DNA of 64,000 nt from a bacterium (GCA_021780615.1 JAJXYJ010000021.1:3819-67818), one strand, 5' to 3'; shown: positions 1 to 10,499, counted from the stretch's first letter. The notes: generated from the letters alone by a model not told the origin. Program-made: numbers and translations.

Positions 1-1
1 T

Positions 2-772
2 ATTTTCCGCACGCGCGAATTTGAGCAGATGGAAATAGAATACTTTATCAAGAAGGATAACTGGCAGGAGCAGTTTGAAGGGTGGCTTTCGGAAATGAAA
101 AAATGGATGGCTTTCATCGGACTTCCCGAAGACCGGATTCATTATCTTGAAGTTCCCGACGGCGAGCGTGCGCATTATTCCCAAAGAACGGTGGATATTG
201 AATTTGATTTTCCCTTCGGTAAAAAAGAATTATACGGATTAGCGTATCGCGGCAACTTTGATCTTCAGAGTCATCAGGATGCGAGCGGGCAAAGCATGGA
301 ATACTTTGATGAGGAAACAAAAGAAAAATTCATTCCGCATGTTATAGAGCCGAGTTTGGGTGTTGAGCGGACGGTACTGGCATTATTGACGGGGGCGTAT
401 CGCGAAGATGAGCAAAACGGCGAGGTGCGTGCATATCTCGATTTAAACATGCAGGTGGCGCCCTATAAGGCGGCGGTATTTCCTTTATTGGCCAATAAGC
501 CGGATCTGGTTACCAAAGCACAGGAGGTGCGCAAGGCAATACAGGGTGCGGGTATGACATTTTTGCCGGTGGCGTTTGATAAAGGGGGTAATATCGGCAA
601 GCGGTATCGCAAGCAGGATGAAATTGGCACGCCGTATTGCTTTACCGTTGATTTTCAAACATTGGAAGATGACACGATAACGGTTCGCGAACGAAACTCC
701 GCCACACAGGAGCGAATCAAAGTATCCGAAGCAAGAAAGTTTATTGAGGAGAAGATGAGAGGAGACCTATAA
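2..772 (+). CDS. glyQS: Glycine--tRNA ligase (GlyQS-type), C-terminal part. The 5' end is truncated by the window edge.
   Basis: The frame is open from the window start and reads IFRTREFEQMEIEYF. It carries HYSQRTVDIEFDFPFG and VIEPSLGVERTVLALL, which are characteristic of class II GlyRS anticodon-binding and catalytic regions. Confidence 0.8.
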   Translation: MFRTREFEQMEIEYFIKKDNWQEQFEGWLSEMKKWMAFIGLPEDRIHYLEVPDGERAHYSQRTVDIEFDFPFGKKELYGLAYRGNFDLQSHQDASGQSMEYFDEETKEKFIPHVIEPSLGVERTVLALLTGAYREDEQNGEVRAYLDLNMQVAPYKAAVFPLLANKPDLVTKAQEVRKAIQGAGMTFLPVAFDKGGNIGKRYRKQDEIGTPYCFTVDFQTLEDDTITVRERNSATQERIKVSEARKFIEEKMRGDL

Positions 773-779
773 TTTATAA

Positions 780-930
780 TTTACGATTTACAATTTTTCC
801 GCCCAGGCGGACCCCTCCCGCTTCGCCGAAGCTTCAGCGAGGCGAGTCGGAGCAATCAATTTTCCAATTACTTAATTTCAAAATTCAGAAATTTATTGAT
901 CATTGGAAATTGATAATTAAAATTTTTATA
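780..930. repeat. AT-rich aaattg/caattt-type intergenic repeat with a GC-rich hairpin core (about 797..860). It is the reverse-orientation copy of the motif seen at 34760..34827 and inside the 23S intron.
   Basis: The reverse complement reads aaaattgattgc...gggaggggtccgcctgggcggaaaaattgtaaatt. This parallels gattgcccggagggtccgccctgttcgacagggcggaaaaattgtaaattgaaaatt at 34768. Confidence 0.5.
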
Positions 931-932
931 CC

Positions 933-2210
933 ATGCATCACGTCCATCAAAAAGAATATAAAAACGGATTGCGAGTATTGGTTATTCCGCTTCCTGATGC
1001 GCTTTCAGTGACCACTGCGGTGTTCGTTGAAGCGGGAACGGCCTACGAGCAAAAACATAATAACGGCATCTCTCATTTTTTGGAGCATATGTGTTTTAAG
1101 GGGACTCCGCGTCGTCCACTTCCCATTGATGTTACTGCCGCATTAGAAGGTATGGGAGCTTCATATAATGCGTTTACGAGTCGAGACATGACCGGATACC
1201 ATGTAAAAGTTGCTCCGAAATATGCGGCAAGGGCATTTGATATTATTGCGGATATCTATCTGCATGCAATGGTGCCAGAGCAAGAAATTGAAAAGGAAAA
1301 AGGGGTTATTATTGAAGAAATACGAATGTATGAAGACGAACCTCGCGCTAAGGTAAGTGAAACGCTTGAGTCATTGTTGTATGGCGATCAACCTGCCGGA
1401 TGGCACATTGCAGGAACTCCTGATACGGTGAGGGCCACCACCCGCGAAGCATTTATAAAGTATCGAGATACGCATTATGTCGCCTCAAAAACTATTGTCG
1501 TGATTGCCGGTGCCGTTGACGTGCGGACTGCTCAGCAATGGATAGAAAAATATTTTACAAATCTTTCCCGAGGAAAACGTCAAAAAAATGAGGTAGGAAG
1601 CTATAAACACACCAAACCTTCTGCGCGAGCAATTCATCGTGCATTGGATCAGACACATTTTGCTCTGGGCTTCCATACCGTTCCTTTAGCTGACAAGAGG
1701 CGATTTGCGCTTTCGCTTTTGGCAAAGGTGTTAGGATCTGGTATGAGTTCGCGATTATTTCAGAAGGTGCGGGAAGAAATGGGTGCTGCATACTACATTG
1801 GAGCGGCAAACAATTTTTTTAAGACGCATGGATATCTTGAAGTGTATGGGGGATTGAATCATGAAAAGGTGCCCGTGGTGCTCAGGGCGGTGGCCAATGA
1901 GTTACGGCGTATGAAAGAAACGTTGGTGCCGGACAATGAATTAAAACGGGTAAAGGACTATACTGCCGGAAAGTTTTTACTTTCATTGGAAACATCCGAT
2001 GATTTAGCTTTTTCATATGGCCAAGATCTTATTGAAACAGGAAAAGTGGAAACCCCCGCACAAGCCATTGCTCGTATGCGCGCGGTAACCGCGACAGACA
2101 TTCGTCGCGTGGCGCAAGAATTTTTAACTCCCCAGCGAATGAATCTCACCTTCATCGGTCCCTATCAGAAAACCGATGAGGAGAAGTTTTTAAAGATGCT
2201 TACTATCTAA
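933..2210 (+). CDS. M16 family zinc peptidase (insulinase-like)
   Basis: The inverted zinc-binding motif HFLEHM is near the N-terminus. The 425-aa length and overall pattern fit PqqL/M16 peptidases. Confidence 0.8.
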   Translation: MHHVHQKEYKNGLRVLVIPLPDALSVTTAVFVEAGTAYEQKHNNGISHFLEHMCFKGTPRRPLPIDVTAALEGMGASYNAFTSRDMTGYHVKVAPKYAARAFDIIADIYLHAMVPEQEIEKEKGVIIEEIRMYEDEPRAKVSETLESLLYGDQPAGWHIAGTPDTVRATTREAFIKYRDTHYVASKTIVVIAGAVDVRTAQQWIEKYFTNLSRGKRQKNEVGSYKHTKPSARAIHRALDQTHFALGFHTVPLADKRRFALSLLAKVLGSGMSSRLFQKVREEMGAAYYIGAANNFFKTHGYLEVYGGLNHEKVPVVLRAVANELRRMKETLVPDNELKRVKDYTAGKFLLSLETSDDLAFSYGQDLIETGKVETPAQAIARMRAVTATDIRRVAQEFLTPQRMNLTFIGPYQKTDEEKFLKMLTI

Positions 2211-2237
2211 TTGTTGATGATGAGTTGATGCAATAAC

Positions 2238-2265
2238 AAACCCCGCAAAAAATGCGGGGTTTTAA
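2238..2265 (+). terminator. Rho-independent terminator
   Basis: aaaccccgcaaaaaatgcggggtttt forms a GC stem followed by a T-run, immediately after the peptidase gene. Confidence 0.7.
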
Positions 2266-2545
2266 TATTATTTTCTCCTTTGATATGAAACGGGAGCTTT
2301 CATTTTAGGAAACAAAGGAGGTGGAAGAAGTGCAAGGGGGGCAACCCATAAGACGGCGATGATTATCCCGGCAGCGATTTTTGTTGATGTGGTGTACATG
2401 GCGAACCTTTCTGTTGTTGATAAAAAAGTTCTTTCTACTAGCATGCGTCATATAATGGATATTTGCAAGGTTAATTCTTTAAGAATTCCCATAATCTATA
2501 CAAGGACCATTTGTTGTAGTATGATATTCATATACGAAGAAACGT

Positions 2546-3565
2546 ATGGAAAGAATTGTGCATGACATATCATGGGGGTCCCTATGGAAAATAGTGGCAA
2601 TCGGCATATTGGTGGCGGCGCTTTTTTATGCTCGAGACGTTATCGTGATCACCTTCATTGCCGTCATTGTTTCGTCGGCACTCTATCGGCCTGTGGCTTA
2701 TTTGGAAAAAAAGAAAATTCCTCGTATTTTAAGTGTGCTGGTTATTTTTATTCTTGCGGCGGCGGCAGTGGGTGTTATTTTATATATCTTGGTTCCGGTG
2801 GTGCTCATTCAAATGAAGTATTTTCTCTCTAATATCAACAGCTTCAAGATTCCTTTCCTTGATTCTTTGGGGGCGTCCAATATTATTGCATCACTTAATA
2901 CGAGCGTCAGTGATTGGGTGGGACAGTTGTTTTATGGCGGATCAAATTTTTTGAACGTAGTGGGTGCTTTTTTGGGAAATATTGTGCTTGCCTTCGTGAC
3001 CGTCGTCCTTTCTTTTTATTTGGCTATCAGCAAGGGCGCGATTGAACGTTTTATCCGCTCCATCATGCCTAAAAGTAAGGAAGAGTACGTTATTAATTTA
3101 TACATTCGCACGCGACATCGTCTTGGGAAGTGGTTTACCAGCCAGCTCATTTTGAGTTTTTTTGTGGGAGCGCTTACCTTTATCGGATTGCTCATTGTGG
3201 GAACGGACTACGCGCTCGTGCTGGGTATTTTGGCGGCAGTGTTGGAAATTATTCCATACGTCGGTCCTATTGCTATTGGTGTCATTAGTTTTATCATTAT
3301 TTTGCCGCAATCGGCATCAGCGGCGTTGTTGGCCGTTATTATATTCTTTATCATTCAACAATTAGAAAATCATGTCTTAGTGCCTCTTATTGTGGGAAAA
3401 ACAGTGGGCATTGATCCAGTATTAGTGGTTATTGCCATCTTAGCCGGATCATCGCTTGATGGGCTGGTAGGCGCCCTCATTGCGGTACCTGTCGCCATTG
3501 TTCTTGAAGAGGTGATTGACGATTGGTCTGTTAAAAAGAATACTCTGCAAGAAGTTATTGATTAG
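2546..3565 (+). CDS. AI-2E family transporter (PerM/UPF0118-like membrane protein)
   Basis: It is a multi-TM protein. Its N-terminal region FIAVIVSSALYRPVAYLEKKKIPRILSVL and conserved C-terminal P-Y-G-P-I block (IPYVGPIAIG) are typical of the AI-2E family. Confidence 0.7.
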   Translation: MERIVHDISWGSLWKIVAIGILVAALFYARDVIVITFIAVIVSSALYRPVAYLEKKKIPRILSVLVIFILAAAAVGVILYILVPVVLIQMKYFLSNINSFKIPFLDSLGASNIIASLNTSVSDWVGQLFYGGSNFLNVVGAFLGNIVLAFVTVVLSFYLAISKGAIERFIRSIMPKSKEEYVINLYIRTRHRLGKWFTSQLILSFFVGALTFIGLLIVGTDYALVLGILAAVLEIIPYVGPIAIGVISFIIILPQSASAALLAVIIFFIIQQLENHVLVPLIVGKTVGIDPVLVVIAILAGSSLDGLVGALIAVPVAIVLEEVIDDWSVKKNTLQEVID

Positions 3566-3568
3566 TAT

Positions 3569-5041
3569 ATGAAAGAAAAATTCTATATCACAACCGCCAT
3601 TGATTATGTGAATGGCGATCCGCACATCGGCCACATGCTTGAAAAGATTCAGGCAGACGTCTTTGCTCGCTATGCCCGCATGACGGGCAAGGCTGTATTT
3701 TTTTTAACGGGAACCGATGAGCATGGCACGAAGATAGAAAAGAAAGCTCAAGAACAAGGCGTGACTCCTAAAAAACTTACCCAACAGCACAGTGCCGCAT
3801 TTAAAAATTTAAAAAAGATCCTTAATTTATCTTGGGATGAATTTATCCGCACGACTGATCAAAAAAAACATTGGCCGGGCGTGATAAAATTATGGAAAGA
3901 GTTGCAGAAGTCGGGGGATATATACAAGCAGACATATCGAGGGCTGTACTGCGTTGGCTGTGAGGCTTTTTTGACTGATAAGGATATGGATCATGGGGTA
4001 TGTATTATCCATCATCGTGAGCCGGAATTGATTGAGGAAGAAAATTATTTTTTTAGACTTTCGGCGTATGCAAAGCAAATCAAAAAAAAGATAGAAACAG
4101 GAGAATTTGCAATTGTGCCGCAATCTCGTGAGCGGGAAATTCTTTCTCTTATTGACCAAGGCCTTTCTGATGTCAGTTTTTCTCGTGCGTCGCATAAACT
4201 TTCGTGGGGTATTCGGGTGCCGGGAGATGAAACACAGACGATGTATGTATGGGCTGATGCGCTTACCAACTATATTTCCGCCATCGGGTATGGCCGCGAT
4301 AGCGCTATGTTTAAAAAATGGTGGCCTGCCGATATGCAGGTGATTGGTAAAGATATTTTGCGGTTTCATGCCGCTATTTGGCCGGCGATGCTTTTGTCTG
4401 CAAAGCTACCCCTTCCCAAAAAATTATTCGTGCATGGGTTTATAACAGTCAATGGACAAAAAATGTCAAAATCAGTGGGAAATGTTATTGCGCCCGCTGA
4501 CCTTGTTGCAACATTTGGCACCGATCCGGTGCGGTACTATTTTTTGCGCGAAGTGTCTCCTTTTGAGGATGGTGACTACAGCGAGGAAAAATTTAAAGAG
4601 CGGTATAATGCGGACCTTGCCAATGGGTTGGGGAACTTTGTTGCGCGAGTAATAGGTCTGGTGCGACGTCTTCCTGCTCCTCTTAAAACAAACCTTGCTA
4701 TGGTGGACTTATTAGTGGAGCAAAAGATAAAAGTGATACAGAAGCAGATACATGAACATATGGCGCAATGCATGCTCAATGATGCGTTAGGCGACGTGTG
4801 GTCACTGATTGCGTTTGGAGACTATTATATAAACGACAAGAAACCGTGGATGAAAGAAAATCCAACAATTGAAAATGAAAAAACACTTTTGAGCATGCTC
4901 ATGCTCATACAAAGTATTGCGGTCTTTTTGGAACCATTTATGCCCGGAACAGCACAAAAAATAACCGCCGCCATTTCGCTTAAAGGTAAGAACGTTATTA
5001 TTAAAGAACTTCCATCGCTATTTCCGAGACGTGATGTATAG
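3569..5041 (+). CDS. metG: Methionine--tRNA ligase
   Basis: HIGH-region DPHIGHM and the KMSKS motif are present. The CxxC-containing connective peptide is also present (CVGCEAF...). Confidence 0.9.
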   Translation: MKEKFYITTAIDYVNGDPHIGHMLEKIQADVFARYARMTGKAVFFLTGTDEHGTKIEKKAQEQGVTPKKLTQQHSAAFKNLKKILNLSWDEFIRTTDQKKHWPGVIKLWKELQKSGDIYKQTYRGLYCVGCEAFLTDKDMDHGVCIIHHREPELIEEENYFFRLSAYAKQIKKKIETGEFAIVPQSREREILSLIDQGLSDVSFSRASHKLSWGIRVPGDETQTMYVWADALTNYISAIGYGRDSAMFKKWWPADMQVIGKDILRFHAAIWPAMLLSAKLPLPKKLFVHGFITVNGQKMSKSVGNVIAPADLVATFGTDPVRYYFLREVSPFEDGDYSEEKFKERYNADLANGLGNFVARVIGLVRRLPAPLKTNLAMVDLLVEQKIKVIQKQIHEHMAQCMLNDALGDVWSLIAFGDYYINDKKPWMKENPTIENEKTLLSMLMLIQSIAVFLEPFMPGTAQKITAAISLKGKNVIIKELPSLFPRRDV

Positions 5042-5119
5042 TTATATATATCAATCCCCAAAGAGATTCTCGTCTTGGTGTGTTTGGTTCTAACACATTT
5101 ATAGTGTGTACTATAGTGT

Positions 5120-5902
5120 ATGGATATACATGTTATTGATGCTCATACTCATATACAGCTAACTGATTTTGACGCCGATCGGGAGGCGGTTATTGCTCGT
5201 GCCGCAGAAAAAGGTGTTGGGATGATTGTGGTGGGGGTGGATGGAAAAACATCACAAGGAGCCGTTTCCATTGCCCAACAGCACGAACATATGTGGGCGG
5301 CGGTGGGGTATCATCCACACGATGCCGATGATTTTTTTGACACCCGTGATGCCATCGATGCATTGGCGCACAGAAAGGAGGTGGTGGGTATCGGCGAATG
5401 CGGGCTGGATTATTTTAAATTAGATACGCATCTTCATCCCGATGAAGCGCATCAGCAAAAAGAATTATTTCGTTGGCACATTGATCTATCACATCGTGCA
5501 CGCAAGCCCTTAGTCATTCATTGTCGTGAAGCATTCGCTGACACGCTTTCAATACTTGAAGCAGAAAAAGAAAACCTTTTAAAAGAACCGGGTATCTGTC
5601 ATTTTTTTACAGGCACTATGGATGATGCACGACGATTGCTTGCACTTAACTTTTCCTTTACCTTCGGCGGATTAATGACGTTTAATCGGAGTTTTGATGA
5701 AGTAATTCGCTTTATTCCCTCCAATCACATACTGGTAGAAACCGACGCGCCATTTGTATCCCCAGTGCCTCATCGGGGAACGCGCAATGAACCGGTATAT
5801 GTGCTTGAAACAGTTTCATTTCTTGCTCGTATAAAAGAAAAACAGGAAGTGGAGATGAAAGAGACTCTTTTAAGCAATACCCAACGGGTGTTTGGCATAT
5901 AA
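5120..5902 (+). CDS. tatD: TatD family metal-dependent hydrolase/DNase
   Basis: The N-terminal DAHTH, the GIGECGLDY block and a length of about 260 aa are typical of TatD. Confidence 0.85.
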   Translation: MDIHVIDAHTHIQLTDFDADREAVIARAAEKGVGMIVVGVDGKTSQGAVSIAQQHEHMWAAVGYHPHDADDFFDTRDAIDALAHRKEVVGIGECGLDYFKLDTHLHPDEAHQQKELFRWHIDLSHRARKPLVIHCREAFADTLSILEAEKENLLKEPGICHFFTGTMDDARRLLALNFSFTFGGLMTFNRSFDEVIRFIPSNHILVETDAPFVSPVPHRGTRNEPVYVLETVSFLARIKEKQEVEMKETLLSNTQRVFGI

Positions 5903-6440
5903 AAATCCCGCGAGAAATGATTCGTGGGATATAGAAAGTTCTTATTTCATGAGTATCATTTTTTAATACTCACACGAGTGGGATATTTACTGGCCAGAGA
6001 TACATTTCTTGGTTCGTAAAGAAATCTTGTATTGTGTGAGATTGTATGGAGCGCTTTGCGCACCTTCCTACGGCTTACCACGGGGCACGAGACCCCTTCT
6101 TGGCTTGCTTGCTGGGAAATGCAAAAGTGAAGTTTTTGCATTTTACTCGCTACGCTACGCCAATAAAAAATACCCCCAATAATGAGGGGATTTTAAAAAA
6201 GGTGTGAGCTGGCAGAGAGAGCGCCAACTAAGGAGGAAGAAAATAAAAGGATGAAAAAGCGCTGCCAACCCACACAGAACTAAAGAAAAAGTACAAATAA
6301 CTAAGAGGTTACTTTTCTAGGATAAGCTTATGCACGATGTATGTCAAGTGTGCCGTTTCTAGTGTGTATGAGTAACTCATGCAAGGGACATATGATAAAA
6401 GTGGGTTGTATGAATGCTTTCAGTACGATAGTATACGCAT

Positions 6441-7658
6441 ATGGCACAAAAGAAGGTATCTATGCACATATTGTGCGCTCAAGAGGAAAAGCGTCAAGAA
6501 ATGACGCTTGATTTCATTGCGTCGGAAAATTATATACCTGCTTCCGTGCGACGATTGATGGGGTCTGTATTGGCGCATAAATACGCCGAGGGGTATCCGG
6601 GTAGGCGATATTATCCGGGCTGTGGCATTGTTGATGAAGTGGAGCAAGAAACGCAACGACGAGCACTGGATCTTTTTTTACTATCAGCGCGTGTGTGGGG
6701 GGTTAATGTTCAGCCATATTCTGGGTCCATCGCAAATCTTGCGGTCTATGCGGCACTGCTCAAACCGGGAGACACCGTGCTTGCGCCGGCACTCGCCGCA
6801 GGCGGACATCTTTCTCATGGTTCTAAGGCAAGTTTTTCTTCAAAAATTTTTTCATTTATATCGTATGGCATTGATGATGCGTATCGCATTGATTATCATG
6901 CTCTGCGCCGTCTTGTGCTGGAACATCGTCCGCGTTTAATTATATCAGGTGCGTCCGCGTACCCATTCCGTATTGATTTTAAAAAGATAAGCGCTCTGGC
7001 AAAAGAAGTGGGGGCCATTCATTTAGCTGATATATCTCATTATGCGGGACTCATTAGTGCCAAACAGTATCCATCTCCTTTTGTATATGCGGATGTGGTC
7101 ATGAGCACCACACATAAATCATTATTCGGGCCACGAGGGGCCATGCTCTTTTTCCGTAAACAATATGAGGCGGCTATACAAAAAGCAGTTTTTCCTGGTT
7201 TGCAGGGAGGGCCGCATATGCATACCATTGCGGCAATTGGTGAGGGGCTTTTGTATGCCAAAAAACACAGATCATATTATAAGCAGGTTATGCGCAATGC
7301 TACGCGGATGGCACAACAACTTTCCCAAAAAGGCATACCTATTATCGGCGGTGGAACGCAGAGCCATCAGGTACTCGTTCATACGGCGGCGGTTGGTATG
7401 CGTGGTGATGAGGCGCAAGAATTGCTTGAGCAAATGGGCATTTTGGCAAACAGAAATATGATTGCTTCGGATATGTCACCACAGAACCCCTCTGCCATTC
7501 GTTTAGGCACCTATGCGGTTACCGCTCGTGGTATGAAAGAAAGAGAAATGGATCGCATTGCCGAAAGTATCGCTACCAGTATCCGCACAGGGGTAGTATC
7601 TGCAGGGAACATAAAAACGGTGGCGACGTTGTGTAAAAAATTTCCCATACATAAGTAA
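6441..7658 (+). CDS. glyA: Serine hydroxymethyltransferase
   Basis: LDFIASENY, YPGRRYYPGC and the PLP-lysine motif TTHKSLFGPRGA are present. Confidence 0.9.
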   Translation: MAQKKVSMHILCAQEEKRQEMTLDFIASENYIPASVRRLMGSVLAHKYAEGYPGRRYYPGCGIVDEVEQETQRRALDLFLLSARVWGVNVQPYSGSIANLAVYAALLKPGDTVLAPALAAGGHLSHGSKASFSSKIFSFISYGIDDAYRIDYHALRRLVLEHRPRLIISGASAYPFRIDFKKISALAKEVGAIHLADISHYAGLISAKQYPSPFVYADVVMSTTHKSLFGPRGAMLFFRKQYEAAIQKAVFPGLQGGPHMHTIAAIGEGLLYAKKHRSYYKQVMRNATRMAQQLSQKGIPIIGGGTQSHQVLVHTAAVGMRGDEAQELLEQMGILANRNMIASDMSPQNPSAIRLGTYAVTARGMKEREMDRIAESIATSIRTGVVSAGNIKTVATLCKKFPIHK

Positions 7659-7663
7659 CGAAT

Positions 7664-8497
7664 ATGCATACCATTATTGTTGATGGAAAAAAAATTGCTG
7701 AGGCAATCATACAAGAATTACAAAAACATCATGCATCCAAAAAATTCTTGGCGGTGTTTGTGGCAGGATCTGATCCGGCAACGGCAAGTTTTATTGCCCA
7801 AAAAAAGAAAATAGCCGCTCTGCTACATATTGATTTTAGAATATATGCCATTACTGCCGGATCGACTAATGATATGGTGCGAGAACAGGTGCGCGCCATC
7901 GCGCAAAAAAAACGGTGTGGTGGAGTGATTATTCAGTTACCACTTCCCCTGAATTTAAATCCTTGGTACATCGCCAATGCCATTCCTCCCCAAAAAGATG
8001 TAGATCTCCTTTCCGCGCGTACCATCGGAGGATTTTTTAATGGATCTAATGGTGTACTGCCACCGGCGGTCGGCGTCGTAAAACATCTTTTTGAAACCTA
8101 TCATCGAGAAGTAACCTCCTTTCATAAGGCGGTTATTGTGGGGCATGGTGCTTTGGTGGGAAGACCGCTTGCTGCGTGGCTTGCGGGAAAAGTATCCACG
8201 GTAGTAGTTATTGATAAAGGGGGTGATATGCAACACGTACATGATGCCGATTTAATCATTGCTGGTACGGGACAGGCGGGATTAATTCTTCCTGCGCAGT
8301 GCGCACCGGAATCATGGGTTATTGATTTTGGATATGGAACTGATGAAATAACGGGGAAAGTATCAGGAGATGTGTTATGGGACGAATCCGCACTTTCGCA
8401 TGTGGGACTCGTTACGCCAACGCCGGGAGGCACGGGGCCATTGCTGGTGGCAACATTATTTGAAAACTTTTTTATGCTCACGGAGAGCACACATTAA
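7664..8497 (+). CDS. folD: Bifunctional methylenetetrahydrofolate dehydrogenase/cyclohydrolase
   Basis: The FolD pattern is present: VIIQLPLP..., DVDLLS, AVIVGHGALVGRPLA and PTPGGTGPLLVATL. Confidence 0.9.
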   Translation: MHTIIVDGKKIAEAIIQELQKHHASKKFLAVFVAGSDPATASFIAQKKKIAALLHIDFRIYAITAGSTNDMVREQVRAIAQKKRCGGVIIQLPLPLNLNPWYIANAIPPQKDVDLLSARTIGGFFNGSNGVLPPAVGVVKHLFETYHREVTSFHKAVIVGHGALVGRPLAAWLAGKVSTVVVIDKGGDMQHVHDADLIIAGTGQAGLILPAQCAPESWVIDFGYGTDEITGKVSGDVLWDESALSHVGLVTPTPGGTGPLLVATLFENFFMLTESTH

Positions 8498-8500
8498 GGT

Positions 8501-9466
8501 ATGAAGCGTCTACATTATTTTGCATACGGTATCCCCGCAGTCATTCTTGGTGTTATTATTCTTGCGGCGGCAACTGGCCAACTACCGGCACGAAGTATTT
8601 CCTGGACGTATACTTCGGCAACGTCATCGGTCATAGGAAATATTGGTTCATTTTTTAAAAACGTGGTGACGCCACAAGATGTAACGGTTATAGTGTTTGG
8701 TAAACCGGGTGACGCGTATAACGGGGGAGACCTTACCGATACGCTTATGGTGGTCCATTTCAATCCAAGCACGCATATGGTACACCTCATTTCCATTCCG
8801 CGTGATTTATGGGTAGCAGATGCTCATAACCAACAGTTTAAAATCAATGAGGCGTACGAGCGCAACGAGGTGCCATTGGTGGAAGATCGAGTTCAAAAAA
8901 TGACCGGATTATCAGTGAATGGTTATGTGGTTGTTGATTTGGCGTTGATAAAAAATATAGTTGACTACCTGGGTGGTGTTGATGTGGTGTTGAGTGCGCC
9001 GGCAGTTGATTGGGTGAGTGGGTATACTATGTCGGCGGGTCCCCAGCATCTTTCTGGGGATGACGCGATATGGCTTATTCGTAATCGCTATAGCCCCGAA
9101 GGAGATTTTTTTAGGGAAGAAAATCAGCAACAGATTGTCTCGGATATCTTTAAAAAATTCAAAGCATTATCAGCAGAACAAAAAATAGATTTTGTTCGTA
9201 CGTTTGTGTTCAGTAATGGACTTCTTGCTCATGCAAATTTGAATATAACACAATTGGCGCCCTACGTATTTGAAACAAAGCTATCAGCCATTGCGCTTAA
9301 AAATATTGTGCTCAATTTTGACACAAAATTAGTAACTACCGCACAAATTCCTCTGCAAGGACCGACGAGTACCATATATGAATCTGCGCTTATCCCATCG
9401 GCAGGATTTGAAAAATATGATGCCATTAAAGCATATGTGCAAAAGGAGATAGGGAATAGCCAATAA
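8501..9466 (+). CDS. LytR-CpsA-Psr (LCP) family cell-envelope-associated protein
   Basis: It has an N-terminal TM anchor. The LCP core reads LISIPRDLWV...NGYVVVDLALIKNIVDYLGGVDVVL. Confidence 0.75.
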   Translation: MKRLHYFAYGIPAVILGVIILAAATGQLPARSISWTYTSATSSVIGNIGSFFKNVVTPQDVTVIVFGKPGDAYNGGDLTDTLMVVHFNPSTHMVHLISIPRDLWVADAHNQQFKINEAYERNEVPLVEDRVQKMTGLSVNGYVVVDLALIKNIVDYLGGVDVVLSAPAVDWVSGYTMSAGPQHLSGDDAIWLIRNRYSPEGDFFREENQQQIVSDIFKKFKALSAEQKIDFVRTFVFSNGLLAHANLNITQLAPYVFETKLSAIALKNIVLNFDTKLVTTAQIPLQGPTSTIYESALIPSAGFEKYDAIKAYVQKEIGNSQ

Positions 9467-9587
9467 ATAAGTAGTAATCGGTAGGGTGTAAATAGTAACC
9501 AGTAATTGCATGCCCTCCGAAGTTTTAACGAAGGAGGGGTAATCAGTAATCGGTAAACAGGGGGAAATTTAAAAAGAAGGCTTTAAA

Positions 9588-9610
9588 AGCGGCAAAAATA
9601 GCCGCTTTTA
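9588..9610 (+). terminator. Rho-independent terminator after the LCP gene
   Basis: agcggcaaaaatagccgct is followed by ttta. Confidence 0.5.
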
Positions 9611-9627
9611 TGAATATAAGGAATACA

Positions 9628-9656
9628 TTGACATATACACTATAAAAGTATATAAT
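9628..9656 (+). promoter_or_regulatory. Consensus sigma70-type promoter (TTGACA-17 nt-TATAAT)
   Basis: TTGACA is at 9628..9633, followed by a 17-nt spacer and TATAAT at 9651..9656. It lies about 60 nt upstream of the 9719 gene, which has a strong AGGAGG ribosome-binding site. Confidence 0.55.
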
Positions 9657-9718
9657 AAAAACCTAGACATAGAACATTTATAATTTTTTATTCATTATTA
9701 ATATAAAGGAGGTGCTTC

Positions 9719-10477
9719 TTGAAAGCATACGTATTTAATTTCTTTGGATTCGTTATTTTTGGGTTTACAACAATTGCATTAATCTTTTTTCCTGTATGGG
9801 GTATAGGATTTGATGTTTTTCATTCGATTGCCCTTATACTCTGTGTCTTTCTATTTTTTCTTTTCTGGTGGGCGAGCATTATACCAGTTAACCGTTTCAA
9901 CATATCGACTCTTCCGTCTGATTTTATGGAGGAAGAAAACGTGGGAGGTATGTTGAGAGTTGGAGGTCAATCTCCCATAGACGTGGTTATCTTATTTGCC
10001 TACGGCAAAGGGGAAAAGATGAATGCTATATTGGGAGGATGGGCTAATAATATTGTTGATACATTCGGATCGCCAAATAGAAGGAGAATAAATTTGTATA
10101 CACAATTGGATATGACTCCTTTTGTTGAAACGATACAGATTTCATTTGCTCACGAAGGAAAGAAATACTTATCTACCTACGGTATTGTAAAACAATTTTC
10201 TGAAGCCGTTAAAGATCGTGGGTATCACAGGGTTGCGGTAATTGCCGCTCCCCAGCATATTAAACGGTGTGTGAGAGACCTGTACGCAGAAGGGTTTAGC
10301 TGTTATGTCGACACTGGTAAATTCTTTCTTCCCAAGGGAGCATCGTTGGAAGATGAGTCGTTTTGGTACAATCCAGACGATCCGCAGGATCAGGTGCGCT
10401 CTCATAAAAATTGGTGGAGACGCGAGAGAATATTGCGTATATTGCCGTTTGTTCTTTATAAAATTCTTGCCCGCTAA
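9719..10477 (+). CDS. Membrane protein, possibly DUF218/SanA-like, with a TTG start
   Basis: A TTG start lies 7 nt after AGGAGG. Two N-terminal TM helices are followed by a domain with AVIAAPQHIKRCVRDLYAEGF. The family assignment is tentative. Confidence 0.45.
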   Translation: MKAYVFNFFGFVIFGFTTIALIFFPVWGIGFDVFHSIALILCVFLFFLFWWASIIPVNRFNISTLPSDFMEEENVGGMLRVGGQSPIDVVILFAYGKGEKMNAILGGWANNIVDTFGSPNRRRINLYTQLDMTPFVETIQISFAHEGKKYLSTYGIVKQFSEAVKDRGYHRVAVIAAPQHIKRCVRDLYAEGFSCYVDTGKFFLPKGASLEDESFWYNPDDPQDQVRSHKNWWRRERILRILPFVLYKILAR

Positions 10478-10499
10478 CGCGGGGGTGCTATGGCTTATG

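Noticed and set aside
2359-2832. Small ORFs at 2359..2565 and 2572..2832
   Set aside because: They are out of frame with, and overlap, the well-supported AI-2E transporter gene or its leader. They have no ribosome-binding site or homology features.
5956-6141. 61-aa ORF on the minus strand in the tatD-glyA spacer
   Set aside because: It has no ribosome-binding site and an atypical composition. The region is more likely non-coding or a ncRNA.
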